Assembly (NCBI GenBank): GCA_029055875.1
Contig: JAIDCJ010000019.1
Coordinates: forward strand, 26,897-90,896
Length of the DNA: 64,000 nucleotides
Source of the DNA: Clostridia bacterium
Lineage (GTDB): Bacteria; Bacillota; Clostridia; Christensenellales; Borkfalkiaceae
Reading direction: 5' to 3'
Positions 57,517 to 63,454 of this stretch are shown here, in pieces. The notes below the pieces were generated by a model. That model did no database searches. It had not been told where the DNA came from and saw only the letters and a list, made by a program, of their open reading frames with translations. Position 1 is the stretch's first letter; each line of letters starts with the position of its first letter. Both the position numbers and the translations under genes were made by a program.

Positions 57517-57584
57517 TTCTTTACCAGGTCATTAAGTTTCTTTACTAGTTAAATCTCTTTACCGGTTAAATTCTTTGACTAGTT
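57517..57584. repeat. four iteron-like direct repeats TTCTTTAC(Y)(R)GTT
   Basis: Copies start at 57517, 57538, 57555 and 57571. Each ends in a small palindrome (ACCAGGT / ACTAGT / ACCGGT / ACTAGT). AT-rich GATATAATTATATAT is adjacent at 57491. Confidence 0.6.
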
Positions 57585-57591
57585 AAAATTT

Positions 57592-57951
57592 TTAACCACT
57601 TTCCGCACCATCATTGTTTGGAAGGAGCTGTTGCAAGCCCGCTTTCATCGCATCGATCTTCTCGTAATTGACACGGTAGGCCGTCCGCTGCATCTTCGTT
57701 CCCTGCATCTCGAACGTACGCTTGAGTATGTAGCCTTTTTTGACTAAATTTGCGAGTGCAGAAACGGCCGTTGGCCGAGAGATATTTGCGAAATCTTCCA
57801 GGTACGTCAAAGAGCCCTTCCATTCGCTTTCGCCGTCCTGGGAGAAGCTGTAAACGATTGCAAAAACGATTAGCTCATTGCCTTTGAGGTCTAACACGTT
57901 CAGCATCCAGCCCAAAACGGTGTAAAAGTTGTCGTCGCGTATTCTTGACAT
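57592..57951 (-). CDS. winged-helix DNA-binding protein (HTH_36-like), possible replication initiator or regulator
   Basis: ..LKGNELIVFAIVYSFSQDGE..GSLTYLEDFANISRPTAVSALANLVKKGYI pattern. AAGGAGA RBS before ATG 57951. Confidence 0.5.
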   Translation of the reverse strand: MSRIRDDNFYTVLGWMLNVLDLKGNELIVFAIVYSFSQDGESEWKGSLTYLEDFANISRPTAVSALANLVKKGYILKRTFEMQGTKMQRTAYRVNYEKIDAMKAGLQQLLPNNDGAESG

Positions 57952-57969
57952 TACGTCTCCTTTTGCTTT

Positions 57970-57992
57970 TGTACGTACGTTTTGTACGTACA
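57970..57992. promoter_or_regulatory. GTACGTAC tandem pair (g), 4 nt after the RHH gene stop
   Basis: TGTACGTACG-ttt-TGTACGTACA. Confidence 0.7.
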
Positions 57993-57996
57993 AGTC

Positions 57997-58224
57997 TTAA
58001 AGTCCAAGTTGCTGTTCTATAAAACGTCGAATTTCGGCCGATGCAGAAGTACCTCGAGCTTGACAGTCTTCCGCAAAGGTTTTCCATAAATCCTCACGGA
58101 TTCGAAGGTTTATTTTCATATCTTTTTTTGTGTTTTCAGTTGCACCAACAGAAGTGGATGCAATAATACTCCGTGCTGTATGGGACGGTGTTTCGCGCCG
58201 TTCAATAATGTTACCAAGAGACAT
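57997..58224 (-). CDS. ribbon-helix-helix protein, ParG-like centromere-binding candidate
   Basis: 75 aa with a flexible N-terminus followed by KINLRIREDLWKTFAEDCQARGTSASAEIRRFI (RHH). Overlaps the parA stop. Confidence 0.55.
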   Translation of the reverse strand: MSLGNIIERRETPSHTARSIIASTSVGATENTKKDMKINLRIREDLWKTFAEDCQARGTSASAEIRRFIEQQLGL

Positions 58225-59006
58225 TAGTCCACCCCCTTGGCCGCGAGAGTAGCGAGTATTTCATCGCAGAGCTTCTCATAGTCCTCGGCCACGCCGGAGT
58301 TCGGTGCATAATCGAACACGCTTTTGCCGTGCGACGGTGCATCTGCGGCCGCAACCGCAATGCGGATCGTGGAGTTAAAAACACGACTCCCGGCTTCTTC
58401 CGCGCGTTTTCTGATAACTTCGATTGCTTCTTTCGTGCTAGTTCTGCGAACATCAGCCATTGTAGCAACGAATCCGAGCACTTCGATGTCCGGCTTGATG
58501 GCCTGCACGTCGCACACACTTTCGAGGAGAAGATCCACACCTTTGAAGGAGTTATATTCCGGTTTGAAAGGAATGAGGACGTAATCGCTTGCTGTCAGTA
58601 CGTTTATGGTGGTGATTGATAAGGAAGGATTGCTGTCGATGATAACGTAATCGTATTTGCCATCGATTTTCTTTATTGCGCGCATCAGATAGCGCTCCCG
58701 GCCAACCTTCATGGCCAGCTTTGTATTTGCCTCTTCCAAACCAATATCGGACGTGATGATCGAGAGATTGTCTTTCAAGACTTCTTCTCGAGCGTGAGCT
58801 CCTTTATCGAGCTCGAGGAAGCAAAGCGCTTGCGGATAACCGACATTGTGCTCTGTAAGGCCGTACGACGTCGTTAAATGCCCCTGCGGGTCAAAGTCGA
58901 TAAGCAGGACCTTTTTCCCGCGCCGCGCGAACCCGTCCGCAAGAGCCATTGCTGTGGTTGTTTTCGCCACGCCGCCTTTTTGGTTTACTAAAGAGATAAC
59001 TTTCAT
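58224..59006 (-). CDS. parA: ParA/ParF-type partition ATPase
   Basis: Deviant Walker A NQKGGVAKTTT. AAGGAG RBS 8 nt before ATG 59006. Confidence 0.9.
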   Translation of the reverse strand: MKVISLVNQKGGVAKTTTAMALADGFARRGKKVLLIDFDPQGHLTTSYGLTEHNVGYPQALCFLELDKGAHAREEVLKDNLSIITSDIGLEEANTKLAMKVGRERYLMRAIKKIDGKYDYVIIDSNPSLSITTINVLTASDYVLIPFKPEYNSFKGVDLLLESVCDVQAIKPDIEVLGFVATMADVRRTSTKEAIEVIRKRAEEAGSRVFNSTIRIAVAAADAPSHGKSVFDYAPNSGVAEDYEKLCDEILATLAAKGVD

Positions 59007-59010
59007 TTTC

Positions 59011-59106
59011 ACACTCCTTTTGTGTGCTCAGTATCGGATATTCCGATTTCTGAGGGGCCAAGAGCCAGACCCGACCTGGCTGTAATCCGTTAGTCTCGGC
59101 ATATCG
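59011..59106 (-). promoter_or_regulatory. 96 nt structured leader, copy 1 (upstream of parA)
   Basis: About 93% identical to 60050..60145. Nested hairpins at 59027-59054 and 59063-59081. Confidence 0.6.
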
Positions 59107-59129
59107 TGTACGTACGTTTTGTACGTACA
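59107..59129. promoter_or_regulatory. GTACGTAC tandem pair (h), upstream of leader copy 1
   Basis: TGTACGTACG-ttt-TGTACGTACA. Confidence 0.7.
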
Positions 59130-59156
59130 AAATGGAGAAGTGATTGCGTTAAGCTG

Positions 59157-60044
59157 CTATTTATAAAGTCTTTTGAGTTGCTTTTCCAAGTCTGATGCAA
59201 GATTAGCCTTGTCGACCGATTCCTTTGCAATTTCTTCTAAAATATCTTGTTTGGCTTGTGTAGCATTCTTTTGGATATTATGAATTGCCGAATTAACTCT
59301 TTCTGATTTGGGGGTATGGTATATGTCGTAATACGTAAATAAGCTCAATGCTTTTTCTACATTGTCTAAAGCGCCGTAAATATTTCCATATTCATCGCTT
59401 AGCTTACTCAAATCATCTTGATACTTGCTTATAAGTTGCTTCGCAACAGCCTCATTATCCGCTTTGATTTTACCGAGGATTTTCACACCGCGCGAACCGA
59501 TGCGCCGCTTCGTATCAAGTTCAGAGCAATAGAACCAACATCCCTGAACTTTCCCAACGAGATACAATGTTTTATCAATACGGTTCCCATAAATCGCCTT
59601 GTGGCGGTTTCCTTCGCTACCATCAAGGTAAATATCGATTTTAGCAACGGAAATATCTGCGGTCTTCAAATCTACGTTCTGATAAAGAGCGTAAAGCTCT
59701 TCTGATGTGTACTTATAGCGTTTGTATCGCTTTCCCGCTTCCCGATTCTCGGTCATCGTTGCTTCGTAAACAATTTCATTGTCGCGGTGCAGGCGATAGG
59801 TACAGTCATTTTCAAGTTCTTTCGTGTAGATCGGTTTGGCATTTTTAATACGTCGTCCGTTTTCATCTCGCTCCCATTCAACCCATATAGCATCGATATA
59901 AACTGTGTAGCCAGCGGGAAGCCCTGCGCTTTTCGGCAGCGCAAACACATAGCGGACGGCAAATGGATCATAGCACCCACCATAGCCGAATTTTGTGTAG
60001 CACTCCAATCGAATAAGATATTTCTTATCAATCAAAAGCTCCAT
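59157..60044 (-). CDS. hypothetical protein (295 aa), beta-rich N-terminus and coiled-coil C-terminus
   Basis: AAGGAG RBS 9 nt before ATG 60044. No motif I recognise. Confidence 0.5.
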   Translation of the reverse strand: MELLIDKKYLIRLECYTKFGYGGCYDPFAVRYVFALPKSAGLPAGYTVYIDAIWVEWERDENGRRIKNAKPIYTKELENDCTYRLHRDNEIVYEATMTENREAGKRYKRYKYTSEELYALYQNVDLKTADISVAKIDIYLDGSEGNRHKAIYGNRIDKTLYLVGKVQGCWFYCSELDTKRRIGSRGVKILGKIKADNEAVAKQLISKYQDDLSKLSDEYGNIYGALDNVEKALSLFTYYDIYHTPKSERVNSAIHNIQKNATQAKQDILEEIAKESVDKANLASDLEKQLKRLYK

Positions 60045-60049
60045 CTCGT

Positions 60050-60145
60050 ACACTCCTTTTGTGTGCTCAGTATCGGATATTCCGACTTCTGAGGGGCCAA
60101 GAGCCCGACTCGAACGGGCTGTAATCCATTAGTCTCGGCATATTG
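60050..60145 (-). promoter_or_regulatory. 96 nt structured leader, copy 2 (upstream of the 295 aa ORF)
   Basis: Duplicate of 59011..59106 with 7 substitutions. Two of them form a compensatory pair in the second hairpin. Confidence 0.6.
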
Positions 60146-60158
60146 TTGTTCGTACGAT

Positions 60159-60548
60159 TTATTTTTTTAGAATGCGAAGCGGGCAAGATGCTGGCCGCGA
60201 AGTTAAAGTATCTTCCGATGCGCTTATAATCTCATCTGTTACTTGGCAGCGAACGTTCGGCGAATCCGAATACTCATCCGTGAGCGGACACGCAACGCAG
60301 CTCGACGGCATTTCATCAGCTTTTACATACAACGTCTTAATGCTTCCGGTCTTTTCCGTTCCTGAAAAGGAAATTCCATGATTACGGCAAAAATTTTCAA
60401 AAAGCATACGGTATCGAGTTTGGGGAGAATGCTTGCCGCTCTCCCAAATACTCACTGTCGCATGAGAAATATTGAGTTCTTGTGCTAATTTCTCTTGTGA
60501 AATTCTCAGCTGTTCTCTTACCTGCACCACTTGCTCGCTAAAGGTCAT
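60159..60548 (-). CDS. XRE-family HTH regulator with a Cys-containing C-terminal domain
   Basis: ISQEKLAQELNISHATVSIWESGK HTH. GGAGAAGGAA RBS before ATG 60548. The longer ORF reads through the palindromes. Confidence 0.8.
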   Translation of the reverse strand: MTFSEQVVQVREQLRISQEKLAQELNISHATVSIWESGKHSPQTRYRMLFENFCRNHGISFSGTEKTGSIKTLYVKADEMPSSCVACPLTDEYSDSPNVRCQVTDEIISASEDTLTSRPASCPLRILKK

Positions 60549-60564
60549 TTCCTTCTCCTCATCA

Positions 60565-60600
60565 TGTACGTACGTTTTGTACGTACACTTCGTACGTACA
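60565..60600. promoter_or_regulatory. GTACGTAC tandem triple (i), directly upstream of xre
   Basis: TGTACGTACG-ttt-TGTACGTACA-ctt-CGTACGTACA, with a 13 bp register. Confidence 0.75.
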
Positions 60601-60604
60601 AAAA

Positions 60605-60640
60605 AGCAAAACAAAAAGGCCCCATCTTTTCAGATGGGAC
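60605..60640 (-). terminator. intrinsic terminator just inside the ICE end
   Basis: 10 bp stem at 60617-60626 / 60631-60640 with a 4 nt loop. TTTTTGTTTTGCTTTTTT follows on the - strand. Confidence 0.65.
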
Positions 60641-60655
60641 CTTTTTGTCCTTAAA

Positions 60656-60699
60656 TTTTGGCAGGGGAGACGCGATTCGAACACGCAACCTACGGTTTT
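60656..60699. repeat. att junction overlapping the 3' part of the intact tRNA-Trp
   Basis: Identical over 44/44 nt to 35122..35165. Confidence 0.9.
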
Positions 60700-60733
60700 G
60701 GAGACCGCTACTCTACCGTTGAGCCACTCCCCT
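60659..60733 (-). tRNA. trnW: tRNA-Trp (anticodon CCA), 75 nt with encoded CCA end
   Basis: Manual cloverleaf:
- Acceptor stem AGGGGAG/CTCCCCT.
- D arm GCTC..GAGT.
- Anticodon stem GCGGT/ACCGT with loop CTCCAAA.
- T loop TTCGAAT. Confidence 0.9.
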
Positions 60734-60820
60734 ATGCGCAAAAATAATTATATATGATTCTTAAAATTTCGTCAAGACATTTTTAGGGAAATGCAATAAT
60801 TTTTTTGCGTATTAAAAATC

Positions 60821-62146
60821 TTACTTCAAAGATTCGGGAATGACGTCGTTGCGCACCAAATCTTCATAGGTTTGCGGTTTGACGATATACTCCGCTTTTC
60901 CGTCTTTTACAAGCACTGCGGGCGGAATTAAATTGCGGTTATAATTCGACGCCATGGAATAGTTATAAGCACCCGTAGAAAGCACAGCAAGAATATCCCC
61001 CGTCTGCGCTTTTGCAAGGTTAAAATTGGTACCGATTAAGTCGCCGCTCTCGCAACATTTTCCCGCTATGGAAACAATTTCGCAGGGTTTTTCATTTGCC
61101 CTGTTTGCAAGTAATGCAGTATATTTCGACTGATAGAGCGCGTAGCGCGGGTTATCGAACATTCCCCCGTCGATTGCAACGTATTTTCTGATACCGGGAA
61201 TTTCTTTGATTGCACCCACCGTATAGAGCGTAATACCTGCCTCACCAACGATCGAACGACCGGGCTCGATATTGATAAACGGCCGTTTTAAGCCGTATTT
61301 TTCGCATCCGTCTTTCACAGTTTCAATCAGCGCATAGAGATAGTCTCTATAACCTTCTACGCCGATTTTTGCGTCCTCATCCGTATACCAAATGCCGAAA
61401 CCGCCCCCCATATTCAGGGTTTCCGCCTCATAACCAAGTGTTTTTTTGATAGCGGAAATAAAAGCCAAATTTTTTTCAACTGCCAATACAAAGGACTGCT
61501 TTTCAAAAATCTGTGAACCGATGTGACAATGGAAACCCTTTAAGCGCAAATGTTTCTTCTGAAGAACGTAGGCGGTTATTTTTTCCGCAGTACCGTCCGC
61601 AATTGAGAAACCGAACTTAGAATCAGGCGTTGCCGTTTGCACGTATGCATGCGTGTGGGCCTCAACTCCCGGATTAATTCGGATGAGAACCTCCTGCACC
61701 ATGCCGCGCTTAGACGCTTCTTCGTCCAGCATATCCGCTTCGGAATACGCGTCCACAACAATTGTACCCACCTTGCAATCAAGTGCGTATTCGATTTCAC
61801 GTTTCAATTTGTTGTTGCCGTGCATACAAATTTTCTCTGCAGGAAAACCCGCTTGCATTGCAGTATAAAGCTCGCCGCCCGATACGACGTCTACGCCGAT
61901 TCCCTCTTGCTTTGCAATCGCGTAAATTGCCTTACACGAAAACGCTTTGGAAGCGTATAAAACAAGTCCGTTCCCGTCATAGGCTTCGTTGATAGTATCC
62001 TGATAGATACGCATCATATTACGAATATGCATTTCATCAAACACGTAAAGCGGCGTTCCGAACTTATTTGCAAGTTCTACACTATCCGCTCCGCCGATTT
62101 CCAAATGCCCGCGTTGATTAATCTTCAAAGTATCTCTTGTATTCAT
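60821..62146 (-). CDS. lysA: diaminopimelate decarboxylase
   Basis: PLP fold-III decarboxylase (YASKAF, HCHIGSQ, GGGFG, CESGD). Start moved to ATG 62146 because a promoter occupies 62154-62182. Confidence 0.9.
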   Translation of the reverse strand: MNTRDTLKINQRGHLEIGGADSVELANKFGTPLYVFDEMHIRNMMRIYQDTINEAYDGNGLVLYASKAFSCKAIYAIAKQEGIGVDVVSGGELYTAMQAGFPAEKICMHGNNKLKREIEYALDCKVGTIVVDAYSEADMLDEEASKRGMVQEVLIRINPGVEAHTHAYVQTATPDSKFGFSIADGTAEKITAYVLQKKHLRLKGFHCHIGSQIFEKQSFVLAVEKNLAFISAIKKTLGYEAETLNMGGGFGIWYTDEDAKIGVEGYRDYLYALIETVKDGCEKYGLKRPFINIEPGRSIVGEAGITLYTVGAIKEIPGIRKYVAIDGGMFDNPRYALYQSKYTALLANRANEKPCEIVSIAGKCCESGDLIGTNFNLAKAQTGDILAVLSTGAYNYSMASNYNRNLIPPAVLVKDGKAEYIVKPQTYEDLVRNDVIPESLK

Positions 62147-62153
62147 ATAAAAA

Positions 62154-62182
62154 ATTATAACATAACATGGCTTTTCGGTCAA
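62154..62182 (-). promoter_or_regulatory. promoter TTGACC-17-TATAAT, 7 nt before ATG 62146 (leaderless arrangement)
   Basis: -10 at 62154-62159 and -35 at 62177-62182 on the - strand. No Shine-Dalgarno. Confidence 0.5.
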
Positions 62183-62259
62183 GAAAAATAGACATAATCA
62201 CTGTGTTCGCAATAATTATGCCTATCATATTACTATGCAAAATGCAATAATTCAAAATT

Positions 62260-63423
62260 TCAGTTCCACTTTTGTGCACTTTCGCGGTATGCATCCCACC
62301 AGCTGAAACGCTCTGCACTCTCACCCGCAAGAAGTCTTGTCTTGCAAGTTTCTACGCCGTCTACATACACTACCGCCGTTCCCACTTCATCACCGAGTTG
62401 TACGGGCGCTTTCAAGCCCTCGTTCAAGGTATAATCAATCGAAACGTTTCCATTTGCGCCTTTCTTACCAAATACCGAAAGCGTATCCTCAACGATTACA
62501 GGAATCTCACACGTCTTGCTTCCCCTTACGCTTGCGCGCAGTTCGATTTCCTGTCCTCTTTCGAGAAGCTTCTTGCTTTCATAGCAGTTGAATGCGTAAT
62601 CGAAAAGCTTGCTTATCGTAGCATTTCTTGTTTTGGAGCTTTCAGAACCGATAACAACGGAAATCAATCTGGTGTCGTTACGTTTCGCCGTTGCCGCAAG
62701 GCAGAATCCCGCTTCGTTCGTAAATCCTGTCTTCCCGCCGTCGCAACCGTCGTAATACCGAATCAGTTTATTCGTATTCGTCATCTGCGTGGTTCTTCCG
62801 TCGGGATGAGCGAAGTCCTCCAACCATACTTTAGAAAATTCGTAATATTTCTGATGCTTCAACAATTCGCGAAGCATAACGGAAACGTCTTTCGCGCAGG
62901 AATACTGCGGCTCTTTAGGAAGCCCCGTGCAATTTGCAAACAGGGTGTTTTCTGCACCGAGTTCTTTCGCACGCTCATTCATGCGCGCAATAAACGCTTC
63001 TTCCGTCCCTCCGACCCGTTCCGCCAAGGCAACACAGGAATCGTTTGCCGAACAAACAGCAACGCTCTTCATAAGCTCGTCTGCACGGTAGGAAAGGTTT
63101 GCGCCCAAAAAGATTTGTGAACCGCCCATTCCGGACGCGTTTTCGCTGACCGTTATCATTTCGTCGTAGCTGAGCTCTCCCCTGTCAACCGCTTCAAAGG
63201 AGAGAAGCAACGTCATGATTTTGCACATACTCGCAATGGGTAAACGCTTGGTTTCATTTTTTGCATAAACCTCTGTACCGCTTTCATAATCGCAAAGATA
63301 TGCCGATTTACAAGCAGGATCAAGCGCGGTTTCTTCCGCACTTACTGTTTTAGGAATAGAGTTACCGATTGAAAACGTTCCTGCCGTCAATGCGGCAAGA
63401 GAAAGAATCAATAATTTTTTCAT
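62260..63423 (-). CDS. D-alanyl-D-alanine carboxypeptidase (PBP5/DacF-like, with C-terminal beta domain)
   Basis: Signal peptide plus SMCK (SxxK), SAND (SxN) and KTGFT motifs. Confidence 0.85.
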   Translation of the reverse strand: MKKLLILSLAALTAGTFSIGNSIPKTVSAEETALDPACKSAYLCDYESGTEVYAKNETKRLPIASMCKIMTLLLSFEAVDRGELSYDEMITVSENASGMGGSQIFLGANLSYRADELMKSVAVCSANDSCVALAERVGGTEEAFIARMNERAKELGAENTLFANCTGLPKEPQYSCAKDVSVMLRELLKHQKYYEFSKVWLEDFAHPDGRTTQMTNTNKLIRYYDGCDGGKTGFTNEAGFCLAATAKRNDTRLISVVIGSESSKTRNATISKLFDYAFNCYESKKLLERGQEIELRASVRGSKTCEIPVIVEDTLSVFGKKGANGNVSIDYTLNEGLKAPVQLGDEVGTAVVYVDGVETCKTRLLAGESAERFSWWDAYRESAQKWN

Positions 63424-63454
63424 AACCGTAGTTTGTGCGGTTATCTTTATTTTA

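Larger units (their letters stand above)
35122..60699 (-). mobile_element. integrative conjugative element inserted in tRNA-Trp
   Basis: - Perfect 44 bp direct repeats at both ends.
- Integrase, relaxase, T4CP, VirB4, ParA and primase inside.
- All genes are co-oriented.
- No phage structural genes. Confidence 0.85.

Noticed and set aside
57592-60614. Recurrent N-terminal peptide MYVQNVRT / FVRTKCTY on several ORFs (57592..57993, 58891..59130, 60159..60614), suggesting a shared protein motif.
   Set aside because: It is an artefact of translating the GTACGTAC repeats. In each real gene a downstream ATG with a strong RBS is the likely start, and 58891..59130 is not a gene.
35122-60699. Prophage interpretation of the tRNA-flanked island.
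   Set aside because: There are no terminase, portal, capsid, tail or lysis genes. Relaxase, T4CP, VirB4 and a candidate oriT are present, so this is an ICE rather than a phage.
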